A stretch of 64,000 nt of DNA from Raja brachyura (Eukaryota). Of the stretch, positions 24,306 to 37,818 are shown in pieces. Below the pieces are notes generated by a model. That model searched no databases, had not been told where the DNA came from, and saw only the letters and a program-made list of their open reading frames with translations. The position numbers and the translations under genes were made by a program. Every line of letters starts with the position of its first letter. The first letter of the stretch is position 1. Location of the stretch: NCBI GenBank assembly GCA_963514005.1, contig OY740795.1, positions 1 to 64,000 on the forward strand, in the 5' to 3' direction.

Positions 24306-26095
24306 ATGCACGCGCCAGGAAACGGACCAATCTTCGCCACATATTATACAATCCTTGCTGTCTTCGGTGTGCCAGATAAAGCTTGGCAAGAGTTGATAAA
24401 TACGTAACAGTGTCCATGATAAACTGTCATGTTCCGCGCTGGCCGCCTTACTCTTCGGTTCTGCACCACAATTTTCCTTAATTGGTTCCTTATCGTTGCT
24501 CTTAAAACTGCGAATTTTACATGGAGCAGCTTTGGTACGGATGTTACTTATTAAATTCAGTCTTTAGATTATTACAATAATTTGTTTTATGGAATAACCT
24601 CTTTTCACAGTTGTTTCGAAGTTCCCCTTATGTCTTAGTAATGTTGCAAATATAATTTATTGGCGATTTCAGTTTCGTTCATGAAACTCCACATATCCTG
24701 TTCCAATATGTCTTCCTTGCCTTGCTTAAAATTGTCCTGTCAATGTTAATATGTAAGTACATTCGGTTATAAATTAACCTTGTCGTGTATGAAGATAGAC
24801 AAGTGAAGTCGATTTGTTTGCTGTTTGCATAAGTGTGACGAGATTGGTAAAATCGTTAAAAGCGTCCTTGCCAGAGCATAACAGGCTGCTCGCACAAATA
24901 TACATAACACGTAAATAATACCAGGCAGTGAAATTCTAAAGACTGCGCAAAACCATGCAGTCCAAAACACAATTCGAAAACATGTCCATCGTAGTGCACG
25001 CGATCGGCAGTACAGCTTGGTTTCGCGTGGCCATTTGATATCAGAAATAGATAACCAGCAAACCAATAACCGCTTCACGCTCTGTATTCGTTGCAACGAT
25101 ATGGGATTGCACGTCAGCTCCCAAAAGCCAGTTATGGAGCGGGCGCCGATAAATATTATATACATAATCCCACTCTTTTCCTTGCAGCTAACGTGCTGAC
25201 GATTGCGATTCTGTCGCAGGGAAAGTGCGGCCTCTCGAAATGCATCACTCGGTACCTGGTATTCATGGCGGTGACGGATTTCCTGGTCATCATCACTGCT
25301 GTGATATTCAGCCGTCTTCGGGCGATTTATTTCCCAGTTAGTATCTTGTCCACTACGCCGGGTTGCAGTCTGATCATTGCGCTCAGCTCCGCTTCTAAAG
25401 ATGCTTCCGTTTGGTTAACGGTCGCTTTCACCTTAGATCGGTTTGTAGCGATTTGCTGCCAACAATTGAAACTGAGGTATTGCACCGAGAAAACCGCGGC
25501 CGTTGTTATAGGAACCGTGTGCTCCCTCGCCTGTTTGAGAAACGTCCCATTTTATTTTGAATTTGAACCGATGTACATTATCGACACAGTGCCCTGGTTT
25601 TGCAGCATAAAAGATATATTTTATACCTCCGTCGCTTGGAGAGTGTATGAATGGTCGCACCGGATGTTAAACCCATGCGTTCCTTTCCTCCTGATTTTGA
25701 TACTCAATGTTCTGACGGTCAGATACATCCTTGCCGCCAGCAGAGCCCGCGGTAGACTTCGGAGCCAAAACAACGGAGAGAAACAGAGTGACCCAGAGAT
25801 GCAGAGCAGGAGAAAGTCCATAATTTTGCTCTTCGCCATCTCGGGCTGTTTTATTCTGCTCTGGGCGACCGACGTTGCAAATTTTCTATTTGTCCAAATT
25901 ACAGTGAATAACTATGTCAGCGCCTCTAATTCCAATGACCCGAAGTTCATCTTTCAAGAAGGCGGATATATGTTGCAGTTTCTCAGTTCCTGCACCAACA
26001 CATTTATCTATGCGGGGACTCAGACTAAATTCAGACAGCAGCTGAGAACAACTATTCAATACCCTTTCAACATAATTAGACAACGGTTCAAATAA
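24306..26095 (+). CDS. GPR139-like class A GPCR, copy 1 (exon 1 24306-24375, exon 2 25188-26095); exon-1 donor is AT
   Basis: Exon 1 MHAPGNGPIFATYYTILAVFGVP, then ttgcag|CT AAC into a 7TM exon with TDFL, TLDRFVAIC, PWFC and SSCTNTFIY. Exon 2 is open. The donor reads G|ATAAAG where paralogues have G|GTAAAG or G|GTGAAG. Confidence 0.88.
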
Positions 26096-26415
26096 TAGTC
26101 AAGACAAATACAATTTTGCGAAGGGTTCATAAAGGAAAGGATATTTTCAGTCCACATTAGAATTAACGATGATCGGGTCAATTGCGTGTCATTGTTTGTA
26201 ATATTATTATCACGTTGTTGGAAGTAACTGTTGAAACTTTGGGGAAACAGATAAGAGGTTATATCTTCGGGGAAGGAAGTTGCGAAATAAAATTCCGTCA
26301 ACTCGACTTTCTCTGTTGATAGTTTCGACAAATATGAGCGTGGTTGGTCAGAGGAGCATTTAATCAACGCCCTTATTTGGCTTTGAATAAAGGAGTTTCT
26401 AATTCATTTCGAATT

Positions 26416-26600
26416 NNNNNNNNNNNNNNNNNNNNNNNNNNNNNNNNNNNNNNNNNNNNNNNNNNNNNNNNNNNNNNNNNNNNNNNNNNNNNNNNNNNNN
26501 NNNNNNNNNNNNNNNNNNNNNNNNNNNNNNNNNNNNNNNNNNNNNNNNNNNNNNNNNNNNNNNNNNNNNNNNNNNNNNNNNNNNNNNNNNNNNNNNNNNN
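26416..26600. other. Assembly gap (185 N)
   Basis: Run of n. Confidence 1.
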
Positions 26601-27465
26601 ATTGCGTGAGCGCAGAAGTCATTGCGCAAATGCTGTCATTGGCCAATGCGATGGAAGTGGAATGCGATTGAGATGGAATCATTGGCCAATGCTTCCACCT
26701 CAATTTCTCATAAAATGCATCAAACTCTCCAGTTTCGACATAAAAATCGACAAAACGTACTTTGCCCGCGATCGTGGTCTCTTTAAATTTTGACAAAAAT
26801 AATTGTAATATCTATTTGGAAAAATCCAAACGAAAATTCAAATATACCCACTACCATAATACAAAAAAACCCACATATTAAATAGCTCTTTCCCCATCCT
26901 TAGTGAGGATACATTCCATCCCCCGCGGTGCCCAGCATTCCCGTTGATCATGTTCTCTTATGGATTGTCTTGAGGGCGTGAGCAGAAGCCGTCTGCCGTG
27001 TAATTGAGATAGAATTCTAGTGGATTGCGTTTGCTGCCGTCCTCAGTTCGCGATTGGTCTTATCCTTCAACGTTATTCCTGGCACAATATGTTGATCAAA
27101 ATACATTATTCATCTCACGATGTCCCTGCTTACTGTCGTACTTACTTCCACTCTTCATACAGACGGGTTTCGAAATAGACAAGAGTCCGTCGGAGACTAT
27201 AAAGATCTTTAGATAAATCAGCATGTCAATGCAAAAATATTTTTTTGTCAGTTAGTATAATTCCATAACGGAATATGAAGATGTTGAACATTGGGCACAA
27301 CAGCGTTCGCACAAATTCACATGTTGAAAGCAATCCCATTCACCCAACTCTTTGTCACACTTTATTCCAAGCGAACAAGAACCCTTTCCTTCCTATTTCT
27401 CCAAAATGTGTCCGTTTTGTCTAAGAGCGCTCGCTGGCGAACGCTCATGGGGATCACAGCGGGTA

Positions 27466-27504
27466 GGTTTTTTTTCGAGCCTGTTGCATTTCTGCAACAG
27501 TGTG
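27466..27504 (-). promoter_or_regulatory. Recombination signal sequence, 23-bp spacer
   Basis: CACACTG + 23 nt + AAAAAAACC on the minus strand. Confidence 0.8.
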
Positions 27505-27988
27505 GGTCTCATGGCGCAGATGTACATGGCGGAATCGGACATCACGGTGTCGCGTATCATGAACTCGGTCATCTTCGCAGCTTTATTAAAGTTAGCAGAG
27601 AGGCGATCGGTCACGTCCGTGTTCCTTAATATCTTATTTCCCAGAACCTGAAGCAGGTACTGTGGAGCTTGAGCTGGGCGCTGTTTGTACCAGAAAACAT
27701 ATGGCGTTGTATCACTGGTTTTCAGACCACAGGTTAGTGTGACATTCATTCCCACTTCAAACGACATTCTGCTTCGGATTGTTCCAATGTATTTTGATGG
27801 CTCGAATCTAAGAGAAAATATTGAACATGGCACAATTAACGTAATTGCGTGAAGCTGCATAGGCATTAACCTTCCACTATCAACAATTAGGTTACAACTT
27901 TCATTGCAAGATAGGATGTTTTACGTGCAAGAAATATCTTACTGAGAAGTGTCAAGATAATGAACAGCGGAAGGAAGTGCCCGACAAT
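27505..27988 (-). pseudogene. TRAV: TCR alpha/delta-type V, probable pseudogene (leader 27943-27988, V exon 27505-27807)
   Basis: VTLTCGLKT..WYKQRP..DSAMYICAMRP. A 1-nt deletion in FR1 relative to the 29834 paralogue puts the splice acceptor out of frame. The leader has ATT where the paralogue has ATG. Confidence 0.85.
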
Positions 27989-28434
27989 AATAGGTGCAAA
28001 TCTGTAACTGTTCATCATTTGCGTAACTGATATGTAACTGCGGCTGTCTCTCAAAGACAAAGGCACGACATGTTCACAGACCGACAGAACCAAAGGCGAG
28101 AGATGAGTGGGGCACTCATGAGATGACACTGATCGCATACTGCGTGACGCGGAACTTGCGGTTGCAGGACGGAAGTGAGTGAAGCGAAATTTCTATAACG
28201 GGCCAGCAGAGGGCGAGCATTCCTTATAATCCTAGCTTTGCGTTTCACCCGCGCACAGCTGAAGGAAATGACCTGATGTATATAGTTTCAATGGGGATTT
28301 CTGAGAAGGTATTTGAAATTCGTTTCTATGCAGAAAGAGAGAAACAGTGATTTGTCCGTGATCATGATCTCATACGGATACTCTCGAATGCGCCAGCAGA
28401 CAGCGACAGTTCCTATTATCGAGGGAGAACCATT

Positions 28435-28830
28435 TTTAGTTTAGTTTAGTTTGGTTTAGCTTGGTTTAGTTTAGTTTGGTTTAGTTTAGTTTGGTTTAGT
28501 TTAGTTGAGTTTAGTTGAGTTTAGCTGAGTTTAGTTGAGTTTAGTTGAGTTTAGAGATACAGCGTTTAGCGATAATTCAGTCTAGAGATACATGCCCTTC
28601 GATCCACCGAGTCCGCGTCCACCAGCGATCCAGCGATCTAGGGACAAGTTTACAATTATGCCAAGCCAATTAACCTAAAAATCTGTACATCTTTAGAGTG
28701 TGGGAGGAAACTACACCTCCCAGAGAAAACTCACGCAGGTCACGGAGAACGTACAAACTTCGTGCAACAGTATACATAGCCAGGATCGAACCCGGGTGTA
28801 TAGTAGCAACTCAACCGCTGCGCCACCGTA
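28435..28830 (-). mobile_element. SINE with expanded (GTTTA/GTTGA)n pentamer tail
   Basis: Pentamer array at 28435-28555 followed by HE1/V-SINE body ending ccgctgcgccaccgt. Confidence 0.75.
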
Positions 28831-29794
28831 TTGCCCAAGCACGCGTCCAACAACTTTCAATCGTTGTTCTTGTGTGGTCACAATTGATCGCATCTTCAAA
28901 ATGTATTCGTGAAGCACACTGTACATTATCCTTCTAATTATTGCTTCTTCGCTGCCGTACTTCCTTACAGTCCTTCGGGCAGACGGGTTTTTTAAAATAC
29001 TGGAGTCCGTGCTTGACAGTAAATAAGTTTAATAACTATGGCCAAGCGACTCCAGGTCGATGCGAATGGAATTATGAGACGGTTAGATTTTTGAAAAAAA
29101 ATGCATATCTCTGTGTTGGTCAGCAGACTAAACTGTTCGAACGTATTCAAATCCAAAAACAACCCGACGTTCACGATTGATTCTTGCACTTTACCATCAG
29201 TGGAATAAGGGGGCAGCAAAATAGCGCAGCGGTAGAGTTGCTGCCTTGGAGCTCCTGAGACCCGCGTTCGATCCTGACCACGGGTACTGTACGCGGTTTG
29301 TACTATATCCCTGTGATTGCGTGGATTTTCAGCGGATGCTCTGCTTACCTCCCACACACAAACAACGTAAAGGGTGGTAGATTAATTGACTTCGCTAAAC
29401 TTTGTAAATTCGTATGGTGTGGTATTTATTTGTTACATGTACCGAGGAGCAGTGAAATTCATTTTCATATGCAGTTCAATACACGTATCAATATACATAA
29501 ACACTTAGATACATATCAGATAACCATCTCAAATTTAGTCCAAGTGTAAAGCAGTCGTATAAGGAGCGCCATTGTTAAGTCGCAGTAGTTGTAATTGTAC
29601 CTGGTGTGTAGAATAGTGCTACTGTGTGGGATGATTGTTGGTCCGCCGGTAATCGGTGGTCTTATGGGCCCATTTCCGCGTAGTATCTCTAAGGTATAAA
29701 ATCTAAAATCTAAAAGTATCCTTTATTGGGTCAGCCTTCTGTTTTATGACTAAGAGCGCCCTCTGGCGATCGATTATGACGAACACCGAAGGTG

Positions 29795-29833
29795 GGATTT
29801 TGTTCGAACCCGCTGCACTTTTGCACCAGTGTG
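29795..29833 (-). promoter_or_regulatory. Recombination signal sequence, 23-bp spacer
   Basis: CACACTG + 23 nt + ACAAAATCC on the minus strand. Confidence 0.88.
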
Positions 29834-30310
29834 TATCGCATGGCACAGATGTACAGGGCGGAATCGGAGAACACGCCGTCACGTATAACGAACTCGCCCA
29901 TCTTTGCAGTTTTATTGAATGTAGCAGAGTATCGATCTGTGATGCCCTTCGCCCTGTATACGTTATTTCCTATAACCTGAATCAGGTACTGCGGAGCATG
30001 TCCAATGCACTGTTTGTACCAGTAAACATATGGGAGTGTATCGCTCGTTTTCAATAGGCACTTGAGTGTTACATCCGTTCCCTCTGCAAACGTGGTTTCT
30101 CCTTCGGTCTGTTCCACCGTATCTTGATGGCTCCAGTCTAAGAGAAAATAGAAATGGTCAGAATCATAACGATTGAAGCGGCATCGGCATTATCTTTACA
30201 TCAGCAGAAATCAGGTGACGACATTCGAGGGAAGACAGGATTTTTACTGGATGGAAATCCTTACTGATAAGCGCCACGATAACGAAGATCGGGAGGCGGT
30301 GTTTACACAT
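29834..30310 (-). CDS. TRAV: TCR alpha/delta-type V gene, apparently intact (leader 30265-30310, V exon 29834-30137)
   Basis: MCKHRLPIFVIVALI-A|GTAAG...ttag|AC gives NWSHQDTVEQ..VTLKC..WYKQ..DSALYICAMR, followed by a 23-RSS. Confidence 0.9.
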
Positions 30311-31560
30311 AATGGGCACGATTATGTAAGTAAACAGTCATTGAAACACTGTCTGATCAAATATGCTAACTGTAAAACCAGCTCACTCAACCAGCGACTG
30401 GCTGCAGCTGGCTCGCAAAGATGAATGCAAGCAATGTTGCTAATGCGAATGAACCAAACGTGAGGTGGGCGGGGCATCACAACATGAAACGGATTGGAGA
30501 AGAGCCACCCTACTGAGCTGCGTGGGCCGATGACTCGTAATTATGACATAGCTATTGAGTAATGTAGGAAACAAAACCTTCAATTACTAGTTTAAATCGA
30601 AGGTAGACATAAAATTCTTGAATAGCTCAGCGGGACAGGCAGCATCTCTGGAGATAAGGAGTGGGATTTGCTGTCTCGCAGCATCAGAGACCCATGTTAC
30701 AGCCTGATATCAGGCGCTGGCCGTATGGAGTTTGCACATTCTACCTGTAACCACGTGGTTTCCTTCGGGTTCACCGGTTTCTTCCTACATCTCAAAGACG
30801 TACGGGTTTGTAGGTTAATTGCCATCTGTAAATTGCTCGATATGCGCTGGAGAGGTCACCAAAGTAGAAGAGCATGGAACCAGTGTGAACGTGCATTCGG
30901 TGATCGGCATTGACTCGGTGGGCCGAAGTGCTCGTTTTTGCTGTATCTTCCAATCAATCAATCCCACTGAATCCTCAGTCTGATGCCATGATTCTTAGAC
31001 ATACGTTAAATGATACCGAAGAGCGAACGAGGCAATATAAATTGATGATATGAAAGTTGTGTTAACTAGTACACGGAGCGCTGTCGTAAATGGTAATGAT
31101 CAGCAATAAAATTTGTGAAGGTAATTCCTAAGGTCAGGGGACTAGATAAGGAATATTGTTCGACAACAACTCAAACATTATATCCATTATAACGCGTAAA
31201 TGGCAATTTAAAACATTCGGGGAGAGAATACGTCCGATATAAGATACTGTATGAAACGACAATGCTAAACCTTCTATAATAGCTCACAGTCAGGGCGTGC
31301 GAGGAACTCAGCGGGCCACAAAGCAAATGCGGAAGCAAAACATGTATTGCGATAGAGTGACAGAGTCATTGAGTCACAAAGTGAAACGGCGAGGAAAGAG
31401 GCCCTTATTGCACACAACGGCCAGCAGGTCCAAACATCTCCCAGCTACACGAGTACCACCTGCCCGCATTTGGTTTATATCGCAATCCCAATCTGTCCTG
31501 TCCATATGCCGGTCTAACTGTTTCTTAAACATTCGCATTGTCCCAGCCTCAACAACCTCC

Positions 31561-32030
31561 TGTTACAACGGAACAGGTTCAAGGATCTGACTAGGAGAAC
31601 AGAAAAAAGGCACATTCGCCGTTAAATTATAAATCGGTTTTATTCGCAAGAGAGAGAACAAAAACCGTCTTAGAGCAGCACACCTGTATCTCTATCTGCT
31701 TCCGTCCGCGGCGCTGATCGCAACCCAGCCCGTCGGTAAACCCTTCTCGTCAAGAACTACCTTATAGCTTACCGGCGCCTGCCTTTATACAGGCAGAAAT
31801 CAGACGTTGAAATAACCGCCGGTAGGTCCTAACCGATTGCGCTGCTACAAAATTTAAATTACACTCAATGACAGGGGACTACATCCGAGCAAGCTCCCCC
31901 TTTGGAAACAAATCGCTATCAGCCACAGACTTGGCGCGCCAAGGTAATACACACTGTGCTAGAGACTTGGTGTGCAAAGTTTTAAACAGAGCGCTGTCAG
32001 CTTAGCGCGTGAGACTTTAAACAAAGCGGT
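31561..32030 (-). mobile_element. Possible LTR fragment inserted in a CR1 3' remnant
   Basis: Starts TGTTAC; minus-strand AATAAA (~31640) and TATA-like (~31785). CR1 sequence resumes on both sides. No TSD found. Confidence 0.35.
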
Positions 32031-33138
32031 TAAACATATGCCCCCTGTTCCTCGATTCACCTAATCTGTGCAAGAGACTCAATGCATCTACCCGATCTTG
32101 CGTGTCATGATTTGATACACCCCGAAAAGATTACCCCTCGTCCTCCTGCACTCCAAGGATATTGGTCCAGCCTACTCAACATGCCCCGATAAGTTCCGAT
32201 TAAATATAGTGCAGTGGTCTCCTACTAGGCAGATGGGAGGTCAGAACCGTAGTCCAGCTGACAGAATTGTTCAGTTACCTAATAACAGCTGGGATGAATC
32301 TGTCCCTGAATCTGGAGGTATGCGTTTTTAAACTGCTATACTTCGTGCGTGATGAGAGTGGGGAAAAGGGAAGTGACCGGGGTGAGATTGGTCCTTGATT
32401 GTGTCCTTGGTCCTTGCCGTCGTATCCCGAAGTGTAGATGGTGTCAATGGAAGAGAGGCTGATTGAAGTGATGGTCTGCTTGATTGATGCTGCTCCCAAA
32501 CCAGGCTGCGATGCACCCCGATAAGATCCTTCCAGCGGCGCCGCCCTCTGGGTCATTTATGAATGCTTTCTTTCACACATAACCTAATGCAAAAATAACC
32601 AATCCATGAGCATCCCTTTTCAGCCGCTTTCTGCCTAACAACTCCAACTCGTTGTGAATGATTTTATTAGGCCTACTACTATTCTTGACAAAACCACACA
32701 TTTGGCATGTTTTCTGTGAGTCTATACATTGTGTTTCAGTCCTCTAAGTCTAAGACATTGATGTATTCGAAGAAAACCAGTCATTTCTACATGGATATCC
32801 GGAAAACAACTATTCTGTCCCTTTGCCAAATTTTCATACACGCCGGTTTCCAATTGAAACTCAATTTCTTCAGTTTTGCTCTTCATGAAATATATTTTGT
32901 GAATCTCCTTCGACAGTGCTCTATTTAGCAATTAGTTAACTTAATCTCTTATCTCACAAGGGACACTATTTCTACCTTATCCAAAACGAGATTTCCATCA
33001 CAAATGAGAGCCGCGTCACGTTTGTGCTGCTGGATTGAGTCACACGTGCGTGAAATTACTTAATTTGTTTATTCAGAAAATGTTAATTAATAATTCTGAT
33101 GATACAAGTTACCTACAGCCGTTGAGATTCGTGCCGGG

Positions 33139-33147
33139 TATAAATAG
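33139..33147 (+). promoter_or_regulatory. TATA box of GPCR copy 2
   Basis: TATAAATAG 41 bp before the ATG. The same 9-mer lies at 44302-44310 (minus) before copy 3, and CATAAATAT lies before copy 1. Confidence 0.55.
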
Positions 33148-33187
33148 AAGTCCAACATAAGTATTTCAGTACGTCTTTCCAAAGAAA

Positions 33188-35804
33188 ATGCACGCGCCTG
33201 GAAATGCACCATTCTTTGCCGTTTACTACACTACTCTTGCGGCGTTTGGCTTACCAGGTAAAGGAATAGCGGAAACCTAAGTTAAACCGTGTTACATCCA
33301 GTTACAGGTCCCTCGTTAGAACAGTTAGATACGTTTATTTATTGTCACGTACAGTGAAAAGGTTTGTTAATTTGAAAATTACTTTTCCTTTCACCTGTCT
33401 TACTTTTTAATAGAAGCCCATATTCTCCGATTTTTGCTCGCTTCGACAGTTTAATGGGTACAATCTAGTGTCTGAATACGGAGAATGCATTCAATTATAC
33501 TAGCAGTTTTCAGGTTGACATTCGTTCGATTTGTTCTGTTGGTAACAAAAGCAGGCATTGTAATCTGCACTTATTTGAATGGCATCATTGCCGCCAGCGC
33601 TGCATATGCAGTCTTCGTGCTTTAAACGAATTTTCTGTATCAGACTCCGCATGTCTGTGAAGGGAGGAACAGCAAATGCTGGTTTAAACCAAAGACTGGC
33701 ACAAAAAGCTGGAGTAAGTAAGCCTGCCAGAGAGCATCTCTGGAGAAAGGGAATGTGTGACGTTTCCGGTCGAGACCCTTATTCACATTTTTAAAATAAC
33801 TCCGTTTGTATTTTTTTTATATAAAGCAGCTTCCATATGTTCATTTTCCTGTAAGATGTGAAACTGATGCCGGCCCGCTTCTTTGCGTCCAGAATCCGAT
33901 GGGGTCATTATATGCCAAGCGGGATAATTATCTCCGGCAAAGTCAACCTCTCCCCACAAAAATCGGAAAGTAACTTAATCCGTATCTGTATTTGAGTTTA
34001 GTGCATTCTCCCGTGTACCGAGACACCGGGAAAACATTTACTGGTATTAATATATTATAGGCATTGATATATGATTGCCTTGTCCGGAGATACAGTGGAA
34101 GAATTTGTGATGCAAGATATGCAGGCAACTCATACCATTCAAAAGTGTGCTCATGAGAAAAAAAATAGCAGAGTGCAGAGTATTGTGTTGCAAAGACTGA
34201 GAGAGTGCAAATAGAAAAGTGTTTGGCAATGGAGAATGCTTTAATGTTCGGTGCCGTTTGGTGTCTGGGAGAACGCGCCGGAATTCCACCTCCACTCTTC
34301 GGTCTGGTTCAATTTTGTATCAGAACGTGTTTTTTTTTATAATCGGAATACTCATTGTATGAATGAAGTTTGCCTATATTTTTATCTTATGCCTCGATAG
34401 GTCATGGCAAATTTAGGCAGCTATTAGGTAGGCCTATTTATCATCAGATACATTTATTCATGTTTGTCTTTGGTTACCTGGGTAAGGTTCCACTGTTTGC
34501 TTTCAAATGTATGTATTTTCCCAATTTACTATTATTTACATGTTTTTTTATTCCATTTCTTCCATTCTAAACCATAGACATTTCAAATCAAAGAATACTA
34601 TGTTGAGGTACGTGGCAACGTTTGCATTCGTTGTGGTCATTTTAACTGATACACGCTTCAAGCAGCGTCTCTGAAGGACGTGGAGAGGCGAACGTTTCGC
34701 GACGGGACACTTTTTTTATCTGAGTGTAGGGATAAGAGGAAGCTGAAAAGGAGATTGGGAGAGCAGAAAACTCGCGAGTGTTATTTTCAACGACAGTAAA
34801 TTTCACCAGGACTGAATTTCGTTTCTACGTTCGTATAAACTGGCGACGCGGCCGGAATTATGATGAATAACTCCATCGTATTTCTCTTTGTTTCACAGCC
34901 AATATGGTGACGATCGCGATTCTCTCCCAGGGAAGATGCGGCCTTTCCAAATGCATCACACGCTACCTGGTGTTTATGGCGGTGTCGGATCTCCTGGTCA
35001 ATATCGCAGCCGTGATATTGAGCCGGCTCCGGCCTATTTATTTCCCTCTTAGTTTCTTGGCAACAAATCCGGCCTGTAGTGTCGTCATTGCAGTCAGCTG
35101 GGCTTGCAAAGACACGTCCGTCTGGTTAACTGTCGCGTTCACCTTCGATCGGTTCATCGTCATTTGCTGCCAGCGACTGAAACACGGTTATTGTACGGAG
35201 AAAACGGCGACTGCAGTTATTGGAGTAGTCTGCGCGCTTGTCTGTTTCAAAAACATACCGCTTTGCTTTGTTTATGAGCCCATGTATGTTATCGATAAGG
35301 TGCCCTGGTATTGCAGCATAAAATAAATATATTATACATCAACTTCCTGGCGAATGTATGACTGGCTGCATCGTATATTAAACCCATGTCTCCCTTTACT
35401 TCTGATTTTGCTACTAAACGCGCTGACAGTCAGGCATATCCTGGCGGCCAGTGGAGCCCGGAAGAGGCTCCGGGCCCAGGGCAATGGAGACAACCACAGA
35501 GACCCAGAGATGGAGAGCAGGAGGAAGTCCATCATTTTACTATTCGCCATCTCGGGTAGTTTCATGTTGCTGCGCCTGACGTTTGTTGTCAACTTTCTGT
35601 TTGTGCAGTTTTCAAGCAGTTTTCTATGCCAACAGTACCAATTCCACTGACCCGAGGTTTATTCTACAAGAAAGCGGATATATGCTGGAGCTTCTCAGTT
35701 CCTGCACCAACTCGTGTATTTATGCGGGTACGCAGACCAAATTCAGAGAGCAGTTGAAAAATGCGGTCACATACCCCTTCAAGCTGACTAACAAAATCAA
35801 GTAA
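33188..35804 (+). pseudogene. GPR139-like GPCR copy 2, pseudogene (exon 1 33188-33257, exon 2 34899-35804)
   Basis: Exon 1 MHAPGNAPFFAVYYTTLAAFGLP G|GT. Exon 2 has an in-frame TAA at 35324-35326 and a frameshift near 35620. Confidence 0.9.
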
Positions 35805-37526
35805 GGGGCAAGACCATCAATGTCCACCCTGCATCTCACGGTAATTGTAAAAATAAATGGTACAACTTTTAATTCCTATGCAGGCTGCTCATTCACATAC
35901 TGTATTTAGGTTAGGTCCGTTTTCGGTTCATGTGTGCTATCTGCAGTAAACCTGCCGATGATATAGCCTTGTGGCAATAATACCGGGTACGAAATAAGCG
36001 TTAGACTCTGACAGTACAAAGTTGCAAAATAAAGTCGTCCTAGATTTCAGATTTATCTGTGTGTTATTTGAGAATTATTCGTAAGAACCCATCTGCTGTC
36101 CATAATTAACTTCCCTGAATTGACTGGTTCCCTGACTCAGAGGGCAACTAAAATTCCGCCGAATTGCTCGCGCTTAAGTCGCGTGTTAAGATAAACGTAG
36201 CGAGGCAGTGGGTGTCCTCGTTGGCGAGGTTCATTGGTCCAGACTATGGTGACATGGATCCGAAGAACAGCATGGAGCTTGCGCTGGACATTTACATCAG
36301 CGCCACCGCAAAGGCTCGCTTAAGCCTGGAACCCAGCATTAAGTGAGAGGCATTGATAATCTTCTTTGTAAAACGGGCTGGATACATTCCATATCCTCTT
36401 CATCAGCGTGACTGGGTTAAGCAGAATTATGCTCGTCAAATCTAAGAAGTTAACTGCCTCATTTAAAATGTCTAACGATGTTGTGAAATAATGAACATCA
36501 ATGTAACTAATTTTCATCAAGTCGCCCTTCTAAAATGTTGACAAATTTATGGTGTTTATACTGAAAATATTTGTAAATGCAGTACACTGTTAGGACGTTG
36601 ATAGAATCGTATTTCCAAAAATAAACTGAACTCAGACTGAAACTCAATGTTGAAACTTTATGTAAAAACCTATATAACCTTGAGGAGAAATGGGTAATGA
36701 GACAATCAATTTCTTTCCGAGACTTAGACACGGTTAACCAATTAACCGTGGCATTGCATATGTTTTGCCTCTGGACAGCAGGGGCTATACATTTCCAACA
36801 CGATACAATGCAACAATTCGCATCCTTGTATCACACACACCCCAACCAAACAATGCGCCATTATGGCCTCCACCCTTCTGGAGTTCATTTGTTGTCGGCC
36901 TTGACTTTTTTCTGGCATTTTCTCCACGCCAAGTAATTTTCACTCCGCCTACTTTTACATTCAAACTCAAGAAGCGTTCAGACACGAAACGTCATGTCTT
37001 AATTTTCTCTAGAGATGCTGCACACCCACATTTTGTTTCTATCTTTAATATAAACCAGCATGATACAAATCTGGTATTCAGATAGCAGCGTTGTTACAAA
37101 ACCCTACAGTGGCGCTGCAGATTTTCCCACTGCCTGTGCGTGCGATTCCGGAGGCTGTTTGCGGGATGGGCGGATTAAAACGCGGGTTTGTATTGGTTGT
37201 CGCAGAAGAATTTGCTCAGACTTCAAGCTGATGAAGAAAAATCGATCTGCCTTCTCCGTCCCGTTTTTAAAAAAAAATATGCTGGTCGATTCAAGTTAAA
37301 CGCGACTTCTAACGCCTTCAACGCCTTCAACATCACGGATCGCAAGTGCAGGACAAAACAAATGGAATGTCGTTATTTAACATCTTTTCTTGCTTTTTGA
37401 TGCGGTCTCATTTTAATCTGATGATGCGAAAAATGTAATTTAGGCCCCGATACTATATCGGCCGTGTCTTGCCTGCCGATATGGGTCTTAAATCATACAT
37501 TTTGCGGTCATATTCCGATCGATCAC

Positions 37527-37818
37527 AATCCAGAAACAGCCACTCTCAAGATAATCACATTCATTATTTTTATTTGCACAATCATGCCATAAGAACATTT
37601 AATCAGCTATATTTTGTGTTATTGTCTATCCAAGATCAATATTTTCATAATAAATATCTGAAAACGTCCACATGAAAGTATTAGTGAGATGTTTAGTATG
37701 ACGATATTGATCGTGGATAGACAATAACATAATATATAGATAATTAGATGTTCTTATAACATGATTGTGCAAGAAAATAATTATTTTGATTATCTTGAGC
37801 GTGGATGTTTCTGGATTT
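37527..37818. repeat. Imperfect palindrome of about 290 bp in an AT-rich block
   Basis: aatccagaaac..ctcaagataatc..tgcacaatcatg..gttattgtctatcca is mirrored by tggatagacaataac..catgattgtgca..gattatcttgag..gtttctggatt. Confidence 0.85.

Noticed and set aside
25091-25187. N-terminal extension of the 334-aa GPCR ORF
   Set aside because: It starts at TTG in intron sequence; the true start is exon 1 at 24306.
25585-25612. CACAGTG inside GPCR copy 1, as a possible cryptic 12-RSS
   Set aside because: The nonamer (agcataaaa) is poor and the heptamer is absent from the paralogues.
26344-26796. ORFs spanning X runs
   Set aside because: Artefacts of the assembly gap.
28435-28555. Regular short repeats resembling a CRISPR or telomeric array
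   Set aside because: Pentamer microsatellite tail of a SINE; no spacers; eukaryotic context.
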